Shown here: one piece after another, positions 7,210-15,472 of the stretch | Position numbering within the stretch: position 1 is the stretch's first letter | Layout of the letters: every line of letters begins with the position of its first letter | IMG/VR virus record: IMGVR_UViG_3300010998_001248 | Origin: an uncultured virus (IMG/VR IMGVR_UViG_3300010998_001248) | Taxonomy: Duplodnaviria > Heunggongvirae > Uroviricota > Caudoviricetes | DNA: 20,000 nucleotides | Direction: 5' to 3' (one strand) | Translations under genes and position numbers: made by a program | The notes under the pieces: generated by a model | Told to the model about the DNA's origin: nothing | Seen by the model: the letters and a program-made list of their open reading frames with translations, nothing else | Databases searched by the model: none

Positions 7210-7941
7210 TTATTCCTCCACTGTATTTGCATCAATAATTGCCATGATAACCGCTTTCTTTTCTTCCGGTAATTCAGGAATTTTAGGAAAACATTCTTTT
7301 CGTGTGCATTTTTCTTCACATATAGTACAGATTACACCAGCTCCATTACAGCCAGCTAAGTATTCTGGAATACGGCATACCTGAGTTTTCTTTTTGTTTT
7401 TTATAGAGCCGTATTTTCCTGGCCAGGTCATATCTAATGGTAATTTCATTTCCATTTCATAAGGACAGCCCATAGATACAGGAGCATTAGGCGTAGCTAT
7501 TGACTGAGGTTCTTGGAATGTTTCCTTATATGTTTCAACTTTAGTTCCCATAGCAGCAATCACTTTAGCTTTAATTTTTTGTAACATTTTTGAAACAGTA
7601 TGCCTTTCTAATGCTAAAGATTCTCCGATACTTTCCATACTTCTGTACGTGCTTTCATTGAGAATAAAGTATTCATAATCAGAAAGTGCTACACGAATAA
7701 TCTTATAGATTTCTTCAGCTTCTTGTTGTTTTTCTTTTCGGATCAGGACTTCTTCAGGACTGTTATAATCAATATCATCACCAACATTATAGTTGTTAAT
7801 GTATCTTCTTGTAATCTTACTATCGTTATCGGCAAATCTGCTTTTGTCATATTTCGCCAAACGTTCTAACATTCCAGTAGCATCTTCGGCAGAAATCTTT
7901 TCTTCCCTGGCTGCATTTACGATATTATCAAAGAGATTAAT
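7210..7941 (-). CDS. Sigma70 region-4-like HTH regulator with a Cys-rich C-terminal domain
   Basis: SPEEVLIRKE...LSDYEYFIL...SMESIGESLALERHTVSKML HTH; Cys cluster near the C-terminus. The frame is open upstream of ATG 7872 to an ATT at 7941 with GGAGG 8 nt upstream. Confidence 0.65.
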   Translation of the reverse strand: MNLFDNIVNAAREEKISAEDATGMLERLAKYDKSRFADNDSKITRRYINNYNVGDDIDYNSPEEVLIRKEKQQEAEEIYKIIRVALSDYEYFILNESTYRSMESIGESLALERHTVSKMLQKIKAKVIAAMGTKVETYKETFQEPQSIATPNAPVSMGCPYEMEMKLPLDMTWPGKYGSIKNKKKTQVCRIPEYLAGCNGAGVICTICEEKCTRKECFPKIPELPEEKKAVIMAIIDANTVEE

Positions 7942-8215
7942 GAGAATTACCTCCCTTCTTTGTTCCGTAAACGCAGACGAACTGTAGATTAATAATAAAT
8001 GTTTCTCTACCGATAACTTTATTTCCGGTATGGCTCATGCGAATCACTTTACCTCTTGGAACTTTCTGAGAATCCATTTTTGTAACAGTATCAGCATATT
8101 TCTTCAGCCATTTAAAGCCATCCTCTTTATTACCAACAACAGAAGCAATGTAGTATTCTGTTTTGAATCTACAAAAGTAATTATGAACCAAAACTAATTT
8201 TCTTTTACGTTTCAT
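7937..8215 (-). CDS. Hypothetical basic protein, about 92 aa
   Basis: ORF in operon; likely start MKRKRK at 8215, overlapping the dUTPase end. Confidence 0.7.
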   Translation of the reverse strand: MKRKRKLVLVHNYFCRFKTEYYIASVVGNKEDGFKWLKKYADTVTKMDSQKVPRGKVIRMSHTGNKVIGRETFIINLQFVCVYGTKKGGNSH

Positions 8216-8708
8216 TTGTTGAGCCGATACCTCCTTCTCTTGTCTTTTTAGCTTCGTCATTATCAGCTACAAGGAATTTAGTAAAGATACCCTGGCATAA
8301 ACGTTCAATCGGTTTCTCGAAAGTAAGCTCTTTTGCAGTAATCCCAACCATGATATGACCTTCATTGTCTTTGTTATTGTAATAGTCAGAATCAATGATT
8401 CCAGTACTGTTTGAGAGCCTGATACCACGCTTAATACCTACGGAACTACGAATGTGAATCTGCAAGTATTCATCATTTTTCATGTAAGCTTTAATACCTG
8501 TAGGCAATACAACTCCGTTTGTATCACGTACTGTTCTTGCTTTGGTCATTTCCCATGCTGTTTCTAAATCAAATCCCATTGTGAGGAAATAATAAGTTTC
8601 AGGACAGATTACGCAAATATCATATCCAGCACTATTTTTAGTTCCTCTTTTCGGTAAAGGTAAGTCATATTTAATACAAGAAAGCTTCTCAAATCCTCTA
8701 TTTTTCAT
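8205..8708 (-). CDS. dut: Trimeric dUTPase
   Basis: All five motifs present: SAGYD, RSS, GIIDSDY, ERLCQ and REGGIGST. Confidence 0.95.
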   Translation of the reverse strand: MKNRGFEKLSCIKYDLPLPKRGTKNSAGYDICVICPETYYFLTMGFDLETAWEMTKARTVRDTNGVVLPTGIKAYMKNDEYLQIHIRSSVGIKRGIRLSNSTGIIDSDYYNNKDNEGHIMVGITAKELTFEKPIERLCQGIFTKFLVADNDEAKKTREGGIGSTNET

Positions 8709-8735
8709 GTTTTCTTTTCTCCTTTTAATTAACTA

Positions 8736-8930
8736 TCAATCAGTAAAACTTCTATGACACCAAGGGCAACCAGTGATAGGATAGCTCAGATTATCTGCTT
8801 CATATACCTGTCTGTGACAGGAAGGACAGATACCTCCACTTGGTACAAAGTTAGGAACATTATCTTTCCTACATGCTTCAACCTGTTTTTCCTGGTTAGC
8901 TAAAATCTTTAATGCAATTGTGTTATACAT
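8736..8930 (-). CDS. Small zinc-ribbon protein, 64 aa
   Basis: CPSC...CPWC; RBS AAGGAG; overlaps the upstream stop. Confidence 0.8.
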   Translation of the reverse strand: MYNTIALKILANQEKQVEACRKDNVPNFVPSGGICPSCHRQVYEADNLSYPITGCPWCHRSFTD

Positions 8931-9543
8931 TACAAATCAACTCCTTAGCCATTGGCAATGTTTCAATCCACTTGCAGAACTCTCTCCACTTTTTAACAGG
9001 ATGATTTTTACGCTGCTGATAGATAGTTCTAAGCTGGCGATAATTTGTAGTCATTCGTGCTGTAAGATTGATTGATGGAGGGATATTGTCTAAAAGTACT
9101 TCAAGCTCAATTTTCCCTTCTTTATATGCTTCTACATACCGCTTTGCAGTATCAATCATACCAAGGTCAGCATGATCTACAGCAAGGTTTTCTAAATCCA
9201 TCTTAGTAGCGCAATGCACCATACTCATAGAGCTAACGAAATCTAAGAAATGATACCTCTGTACTTCCGGACTCCAGGCTTTAGTAGTCTTTAAATCAAA
9301 CTGTACGATAATTCCATTCAAGAAATTATCATGACCACTTCCAATAGGAACTGTAGCAAGCTTGATAGCTCTTTTAATATGCTTGTTATCAAACTCTTTT
9401 TTATGGATTGCAATATTGATTTCAGTAATTGCTTTTTTGAAATCCTGTTGTGATACAGGTTTAGTTAACATAGGATAGCCGGAAGAAAAGATACTTTCGG
9501 CTAATCCATATACACGAACATTAGATACTAAGTGCTTTTCCAT
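8923..9543 (-). CDS. ThyX-like (flavin-dependent thymidylate synthase fold) protein, divergent
   Basis: GHDNFL..I.VQFD, QRYH.....S.S and MTTNYRQL..IYQQR..H...W pattern parallels ThyX motifs but lacks the canonical RHR-x7-S-x-R. Sits among dNTP genes. Start MEKHL at 9543 with GGAGG. Confidence 0.55.
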   Translation of the reverse strand: MEKHLVSNVRVYGLAESIFSSGYPMLTKPVSQQDFKKAITEINIAIHKKEFDNKHIKRAIKLATVPIGSGHDNFLNGIIVQFDLKTTKAWSPEVQRYHFLDFVSSMSMVHCATKMDLENLAVDHADLGMIDTAKRYVEAYKEGKIELEVLLDNIPPSINLTARMTTNYRQLRTIYQQRKNHPVKKWREFCKWIETLPMAKELICNV

Positions 9544-9802
9544 GAACATCCTCCACTTCATCACTCCAGAAATGCTTTAAATAGATAATATTAATCCTAT
9601 CGCCAGTGTTTATATCATAAGCACTGATTTCTGCATCAAACCAGTTCGGATGATTATGTTTGATAAATTCAATAACAGCTTCTTTTGCTTTATCTAAGTC
9701 TTTGAATACGCCTTCTATAAATTTTTCATTATCAGGGTCTAAGTATTTATTATCATCACGATTGAATGTACAAACTACATATACAATATCTCTTTCTTCC
9801 AT
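9521..9802 (-). CDS. Hypothetical protein, about 93 aa
   Basis: VYVV...IEGVFKDLDKAKEAV pattern typical of small phage proteins; GGAG upstream of ATG 9802. Confidence 0.75.
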   Translation of the reverse strand: MEERDIVYVVCTFNRDDNKYLDPDNEKFIEGVFKDLDKAKEAVIEFIKHNHPNWFDAEISAYDINTGDRINIIYLKHFWSDEVEDVHGKALSI

Positions 9803-9841
9803 GTTTACTCCCATTTACTTTTAAAGTTATTAAAGTTAATA

Positions 9842-9900
9842 AAAACTCCATAAAGAACCGCTACCAAATTTGATTTTGGCAGTTATCAATATGGAGTTTT
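9842..9900 (-). promoter_or_regulatory. Long imperfect RNA hairpin (terminator, attenuator or processing site) downstream of nrdJ
   Basis: Outer stem AAAACTCCATA/TATGGAGTTTT; inner stem CTGCCAAA/TTTGGTAG with a G-U pair on the minus strand; U-rich tail. Confidence 0.65.
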
Positions 9901-9910
9901 AATGGTTTAG

Positions 9911-12241
9911 TTATTCACACTTGGAATAGCCACATTCGATACAATTAACGCATTTACCTTCAGGCTTCAATGTTCGCTTTCCGCATTCAGGACAGATAGC
10001 CAGGTCTTTATGTTCTTCTTTAGCAACCAATATAGGCATTTCTTTTTCGATTACTGCCTTATCCACTTTGCTTTTACCATGCTGCTCACCTAACATCCTA
10101 TAACTTTCTTCTAATGCATCAGCGATACAGGAAGGACAGGATTTATTGATTTCTTTATGACCATTGCGAATCATATTAGCACATGCAGGACAGATAGCCG
10201 AACGAAGGTCTTTAACAATATCCTCTACTTTACCGCCTAACCGCAACGCTAAGGAAGTCAACCTTGTGATTGTATTGATATTTGCTTGACAACCGCTGTC
10301 AGCACCAACAAATACTTCAAAAGGCTTACCATCTTTTTCATTAACAGTTACATAGAAGTTTCTGACGCAAGCTGTATGGTACACATACGTTCTTCCAAAT
10401 AAAGCAGGAATATCATTACGTTTTACAGGACTTACAGAATCCAACTCTACTTTTTTCAAGACAGGCTCTTGAGCTTCGTTATTATCAGTAGTTTCTTCTT
10501 TCTTTCCTAAGATACTCAGGCGTTTGCAATTTTCTCTGAATACTGTAATACCTTTGCAACCAGCTTTCCATGCCTTGATATACAGATTGAAAATATCCTC
10601 TTCTGTTGCTGATTCTTTAAGGTTTACAGTAGAGCTGATAGCATTATCAACGTATTTCTGTAATGCTGCCTGGAACTCAACTCTTTCTTCCGGTTTAATA
10701 TCATAAGTATCAACTACATAAGGAAAGCGATTTTTGATTTCTTCAATGGTAATATTGTCTGGATCAATACCTTTTACCTTGAGCAAGTGCCATACTGACT
10801 TAGCGTAAATATGGAATGTTTTTCCTTCAGCCTGTAACGCATGAGTAGTTCTGTCATAGCTTACCTGGAATACTGGCTCAATACCACCTGTATGACCGCA
10901 CATTGTACTAATCGTACCAGTAGGAGCAATGCTCAGTAATGAGCCGTTTCCTAAACCATATTTGCGTATTGCATCTTTAGTTTTATTAGGCAAGCTATTC
11001 ACATAATCTGATTTAAAGATATAATCAACATCAAATTTATCAAAAGAAGCTACTTCTTGCGCTATTTCATTGCTTATCAGGAAAGCTTGCAGTTTCATTG
11101 TTAAACCGACTGTTTTAATGAACTCAATAGATTCTTTAGAGCCATATCTTAACCCCAAAGCAATTAAGGCATCAGCTACTCCAAATAAACCTAAGCCAAT
11201 AGCTCTCCAGTCTTTAATGCATTTCCTGTTTGCATCTAAAGGCTGCATACTGAATCCATAATTAAGTGTTTCATCTAATGCTCTTATACCTAATTCAACA
11301 AGGTCTTTAAACTTAGTGTAATCAAAATAAGCAGAATCAGTAAAAGGTCTTTTCACGCAATTATAGAGATTGATAGAGCCAAGATTGCAGCTATTGTATT
11401 CATTACCGAAATACTCAGCACAAGGATTGCTTACATTGATTTTATAATCTTCTTCAGGATAACCGGAAAGAATATTAGATCGCCTAACTGTATCAATAAA
11501 GATAGCTCCTGGTTCTGCATAATCCCACTGTTTAGCTGCAAACTTTTTGAAAAATTCCCTTGCGTTAATTTCTTTCTCAATATGCTCTCCTGTAGCACCT
11601 GTAAAGAATGAGAGCTTGTAATTTTCGTTGTTTTCTACAGCTTTCATAAATTCATCAGTAAACAAGATACTGATATTAGCTGCCTGAATCTTATCGTTAT
11701 TCTGCTTGATTTCTAAAAATTCTTCATTATCAGGATGGTTACAATTCAAACCAATCAGGAGTGCTGCTCTCCTGTGATTACATCCAATGATTTCTCCAAT
11801 CTGATTAAACAAATCCATAAAGCTAACCGCACCTGTAGAAGTTCTTGCAGCATTGTTTACTTTAGAATCTTTTGGTCTGAGATTAGAGATATTAAGACCG
11901 CAACCACCACCATAAGAGAAGATTCTTGCCATGATTTTACACGTATCAACAATAGATTCAATATTATCATCAGGCATTGGCAAGATATAGCAATTGCTCA
12001 TACTTGCCTTGAATTTCCCTTTAGAACCAGCTCCATAAAGACTCCTGCCACCCAAGAAGAAATCACCATCATACATAGCCTGTTTAACACGATATTTAAT
12101 ATTATCGCTAAAAATACTGCTTACACGATTAGCAAAATCATCAAAGGTTTTCTCTCCTTCATGGAGATATTTGTCACGAATGATACGCTTGGCAAGTGGT
12201 TCTTCATACCAAGCACCGAACATATTAGTATTACTTACCAA
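9911..12241 (-). CDS. nrdJ: Class II (adenosylcobalamin-dependent) ribonucleotide reductase
   Basis: SNCY, GGGCG, SNPCAE, SCNLGSINL, IAPTGTIS, DNAISSTVN and KGITVFR motifs; C-terminal TSCPD-like domain and CPECG...CIECGYSKC; no small subunit nearby. Start is TTG 12241 (GAGGGT upstream) or TTG 12262. Confidence 0.9.
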   Translation of the reverse strand: MVSNTNMFGAWYEEPLAKRIIRDKYLHEGEKTFDDFANRVSSIFSDNIKYRVKQAMYDGDFFLGGRSLYGAGSKGKFKASMSNCYILPMPDDNIESIVDTCKIMARIFSYGGGCGLNISNLRPKDSKVNNAARTSTGAVSFMDLFNQIGEIIGCNHRRAALLIGLNCNHPDNEEFLEIKQNNDKIQAANISILFTDEFMKAVENNENYKLSFFTGATGEHIEKEINAREFFKKFAAKQWDYAEPGAIFIDTVRRSNILSGYPEEDYKINVSNPCAEYFGNEYNSCNLGSINLYNCVKRPFTDSAYFDYTKFKDLVELGIRALDETLNYGFSMQPLDANRKCIKDWRAIGLGLFGVADALIALGLRYGSKESIEFIKTVGLTMKLQAFLISNEIAQEVASFDKFDVDYIFKSDYVNSLPNKTKDAIRKYGLGNGSLLSIAPTGTISTMCGHTGGIEPVFQVSYDRTTHALQAEGKTFHIYAKSVWHLLKVKGIDPDNITIEEIKNRFPYVVDTYDIKPEERVEFQAALQKYVDNAISSTVNLKESATEEDIFNLYIKAWKAGCKGITVFRENCKRLSILGKKEETTDNNEAQEPVLKKVELDSVSPVKRNDIPALFGRTYVYHTACVRNFYVTVNEKDGKPFEVFVGADSGCQANINTITRLTSLALRLGGKVEDIVKDLRSAICPACANMIRNGHKEINKSCPSCIADALEESYRMLGEQHGKSKVDKAVIEKEMPILVAKEEHKDLAICPECGKRTLKPEGKCVNCIECGYSKCE

Positions 12242-12296
12242 TGTCAATACCCTCTTCGTCAATTACTGTGATTTCGTGTTCTTTAGTATCTAACTC

Positions 12297-12959
12297 CTAG
12301 ATCATATATACACGCTTATTAAAAAGAGTAGATACACCACGCACAATAAATCTAACATTCTCTACCGGACGAGATTCAAACATCCTATAATATTTGTCTT
12401 TGCTATTATCAGTATAGTACTTCTCAAATTCCTTATTAATCGTTCCTTTTGAAATGGCGTCTTTTAAATACACATTACGTTTGTCACCGCCAGAGTATGT
12501 ATTTCCTGCATTTGTGATTTTAACAACTGTATTGATAGGAATAGCACGTTTAGGATATTCACCATCTATTTTCAAAGCAATTTCATTAAAAAACTGATTT
12601 TCACATCTTGCTAAAGCAATATCAAAGCCAGTTCTCAAATCAAACTTATCTTCAGGAGAACATTTTGCGATACCAACGTATTCTTTACCATCTTTGACAA
12701 GTTTTACGATTACGATATTTTTTTCTACTTTAACTGTAGTTCCGTTATAAGAATAATCATAGGACTTGTCTAATTTTTCAGAACTACTCAAAAACAGGTT
12801 TCCACCAGGGCTGCCTACAATGCAATCAACATTAATATTTCCGATTTTACGGCTATCTCTCAGATAACCGACAAAAATAAATGTATTACCGACTAATTTT
12901 TTATTTTCTGCTTTATTATTGAGAATAACTTTTTCGCCAATTTTAAACATCAAGCTCAT
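12297..12959 (-). CDS. Hypothetical multidomain phage protein (SH3-like N-terminus; GIAKCSPEDKFD...G..IA..R motif); possibly extends through TAG to 12231
   Basis: ORF with RBS GGAGG; ends at TAG, but the frame stays open for 21 further codons. Confidence 0.75.
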   Translation of the reverse strand: MSLMFKIGEKVILNNKAENKKLVGNTFIFVGYLRDSRKIGNINVDCIVGSPGGNLFLSSSEKLDKSYDYSYNGTTVKVEKNIVIVKLVKDGKEYVGIAKCSPEDKFDLRTGFDIALARCENQFFNEIALKIDGEYPKRAIPINTVVKITNAGNTYSGGDKRNVYLKDAISKGTINKEFEKYYTDNSKDKYYRMFESRPVENVRFIVRGVSTLFNKRVYMI

Positions 12960-12967
12960 TCCTCCTC

Positions 12968-13282
12968 TTACAGCGCAATCGCTACATTATCAGCTAAAAC
13001 TTCATTGGTGTAGACTGTTTTACCCTCTTTATTCTTATAGCTACCAGTCTGCCAAGTACCAGTGATTAAAACGTCAGTACCTTTAGATACATTTTCCATA
13101 ACCTTATCAGCAAGCTCTTTGAAACACTTAATGTTAAAGTTATTGTATTTTGCTTTATTATCCTTGTCTTTTCCTGCATATACACCAATACGGAAAGAAG
13201 CAATGTTCATGCTGCTTGCCTGGTGAATCTCAACATCATTAGATACACGACCTGCCAAAACTACTTTATTTGTGCTATACAT
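12968..13282 (-). CDS. ssb: Single-stranded DNA-binding protein (short, no acidic tail)
   Basis: NKVVLAGR, KGTDVLITG and SYKNKEGKTVYTNEVLAD OB-fold motifs; start MYSTNK at 13282. Confidence 0.9.
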   Translation of the reverse strand: MYSTNKVVLAGRVSNDVEIHQASSMNIASFRIGVYAGKDKDNKAKYNNFNIKCFKELADKVMENVSKGTDVLITGTWQTGSYKNKEGKTVYTNEVLADNVAIAL

Positions 13283-13297
13283 ATTATTTATCACCTT

Positions 13298-13867
13298 TTA
13301 TCTTTCTAATAATTTATTATAAATATCTTCTTTTACTGCAAAAACAAAATCTAAATACCTATTTGAATCAGGACTTGGACTTATCATACTTACGATCTCT
13401 GCATTATCTTGAGCAAAGAAGTTTTCCAAAACCTTGAAATTCTTATTTTCCATATCTAAGACTGTATGCCTTGTTTTATGTAAGATAATATCTTGGAATA
13501 TAGCTTGCGGGATTAGATAACAGAACCCTTTAATGTGAACGATTCCAAATTGTGTAAGTTCATAGAACCTCTTAAACACCTTATATTGTTTTTTCTTATT
13601 TTCAATTTTTATGTTCTGGTCTATTAACCCTTGAATATTGAAATCTCCACTGAATTTATCACCAAATTCTTTAGCTAATTCTTTTTTTGAGCCACTTGCA
13701 AAAGTCTTATCAATAGGAATGTTCCAGTCATTAAACAGCGCAAATAACTTTTTTTCTGCATATTTACCAGTATTCCTATTCCGTTTTCCAATGGCTCTAC
13801 GTTTACTTACCTCCTTCCTGTCACACTTAGTAACTGTACATTGAGAACAAAGGCATTTACTCCTCAA
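13298..13867 (-). CDS. PD-(D/E)xK nuclease, Holliday-junction-resolvase-like, with N-terminal Cys cluster
   Basis: RNRNTGKYAE, ASGS, GD and IENKK pattern like Hjc-type resolvases. Confidence 0.6.
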   Translation of the reverse strand: MRSKCLCSQCTVTKCDRKEVSKRRAIGKRNRNTGKYAEKKLFALFNDWNIPIDKTFASGSKKELAKEFGDKFSGDFNIQGLIDQNIKIENKKKQYKVFKRFYELTQFGIVHIKGFCYLIPQAIFQDIILHKTRHTVLDMENKNFKVLENFFAQDNAEIVSMISPSPDSNRYLDFVFAVKEDIYNKLLER

Positions 13868-14003
13868 TTCTTTTAGGCTTCACTTTCGGATTATACGCCC
13901 AACAACCTGGTTTTTTAGGGCAATATTTAGCTTCTTTTAATTTTTCAAGCTTGAGCTTTTCTTTTTCTAAAATTTCTACTTCTGTAAGTTTTCTTTTCCT
14001 CAT
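13857..14003 (-). CDS. 48-aa basic protein (MRKRKLTEVEILEK...YCPKKPGCWAYNPKVKPKRIEE); not in the ORF track
   Basis: ATGA overlap with the kinase stop; GGAGG upstream; fills the operon gap. Confidence 0.7.
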   Translation of the reverse strand: MRKRKLTEVEILEKEKLKLEKLKEAKYCPKKPGCWAYNPKVKPKRIEE

Positions 14004-14611
14004 TGTTCCTCCATCATCATTGCTTGTACTCTTTTCACTAATTGCTTCATGCTGCCATTATTATCAATCACAAAATCGCATTTTTCTTTAAGAGATGGAA
14101 TTTCAATCTCAGATTCCTTTGTGAGAATATCTATGTCATAATATCCATCACGTTCTTTCAGGCGATTGTAGATAATATGATCGGAAACATCTATGAAAAC
14201 CTTATATGCTTCTGGAAAAGATTCAAGTTCAAATAACCTTCGGCAATCAGTAATAACACATTTGTTTTTATCAGCAAAATGTTTTACAGGATTAACCCAA
14301 ACATCATTTTTGATTTTCCTCATATCTGTTCCGACTGTCTGAAGCAACAACCTGTCTTTTTTGTCATTGCAAGGAATATCACGATACCTTTTATAAGCCT
14401 GGAAAGCTGCTTCGCCTGAAAGACCAACAACGTTTACCATGAAGCTCATAACGTTCATTACATCACCAAGCCTGATATAACTGCAAAGTATCTTTAAGTT
14501 ATTACCAAAAGCAACCATTTTGTACCCAAATTGATTTTCAAGAATTGTGCCTACTGTATCTTTACCGGAACAAGGGAAACCACAAAGCAGTATAGTTTTC
14601 TTTTTAATCAT
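14000..14611 (-). CDS. Deoxynucleoside monophosphate kinase
   Basis: P-loop GFPCSGKDT, RLLLQTVGTDMR, VITDCR and ESE...DFVIDNNGS motifs. Confidence 0.85.
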   Translation of the reverse strand: MIKKKTILLCGFPCSGKDTVGTILENQFGYKMVAFGNNLKILCSYIRLGDVMNVMSFMVNVVGLSGEAAFQAYKRYRDIPCNDKKDRLLLQTVGTDMRKIKNDVWVNPVKHFADKNKCVITDCRRLFELESFPEAYKVFIDVSDHIIYNRLKERDGYYDIDILTKESEIEIPSLKEKCDFVIDNNGSMKQLVKRVQAMMMEEQ

Positions 14612-15468
14612 TTACTCTCCTTCATATATTTCTCTTGATAGTAAGGACAGAACTCATTTACGCTACAATAATCTTTGCATTTCAGATCATTCCATCTTAC
14701 TTTACATACTGGTGGTAACTCATTTGTCTTTAAAGCTTTCATTAATCTGTCATACTTAGCTTTCATGTACATTCTTATCCAATGTTCGCTGATTCCATGT
14801 AGATTGATTACATAACTCATCTTTGTTAATCCGTATGATTTTGCAGTTTTATCTAATCCACCACGAATAAGCATCTGGACTTTGATATTCTTTACTTTCA
14901 AGCCAACCTTTTTCATTAAGATTTTGTAATATGACAATTGTTTAGAAATCTCTAAAGTATCTTTAAAACTGCCATCTACCATAACATACTGCCATTTTGT
15001 CTGACCTTTTTTAGCACCTCTTTGATATTTACCATCAGCAACCCATTTAAAATGTTTACCTAAAGCTCTTGCAATCCGATACGCTCCAAAGAACTTGAAA
15101 TCAATCAAAGTCTTTGTTTTCATATCATAAGCATCAAACTGACCGCTTGTAATATCATCTTCAATCCTTACTTCTGAAAGATAATTATTAGGGCAATTAC
15201 CTTCCATAAGACTATGACTGTTTGTGCCAATCATGCTTGCGATACTTTTATCAGGGTCAATCGCATAGTCATTAGTAATCTCTAAGTATGTTTGTCTTGT
15301 GTCTTTAATAAGCTGTGTAACTGAAGGTTTACCATACCAGGCTCTTGTTTTCCCTACTGCTTTAAGCACAGGAAGAACCATGCACCTGTTACCCATACGG
15401 CATTTCTTATAGCACTCCTTAATTTCACACTTCTCACCATCGGGACACTTAAAATATTTAGCTGGTAT
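14608..15468 (-). CDS. Cas4-like PD-(D/E)xK exonuclease
   Basis: PSVTQL, GT..H, SGQFD, IDFK and QLSYY motifs; C-terminal C..YCSVNEFCP cluster. The frame is open upstream of ATG 15396 to an ATA at 15468 (MPAKYFKCPDG...) behind AGGAG. Confidence 0.8.
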   Translation of the reverse strand: MPAKYFKCPDGEKCEIKECYKKCRMGNRCMVLPVLKAVGKTRAWYGKPSVTQLIKDTRQTYLEITNDYAIDPDKSIASMIGTNSHSLMEGNCPNNYLSEVRIEDDITSGQFDAYDMKTKTLIDFKFFGAYRIARALGKHFKWVADGKYQRGAKKGQTKWQYVMVDGSFKDTLEISKQLSYYKILMKKVGLKVKNIKVQMLIRGGLDKTAKSYGLTKMSYVINLHGISEHWIRMYMKAKYDRLMKALKTNELPPVCKVRWNDLKCKDYCSVNEFCPYYQEKYMKESK

Positions 15469-15472
15469 ATTA

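Noticed and set aside
9911..12262. Intein or intron in nrdJ
   Set aside because: The ORF is continuous, of ordinary length and motif spacing, with no splicing motifs.
14608..15468. CRISPR-associated cas4
   Set aside because: No other cas genes or array; the replication context fits a stand-alone phage exonuclease partnering ERF.
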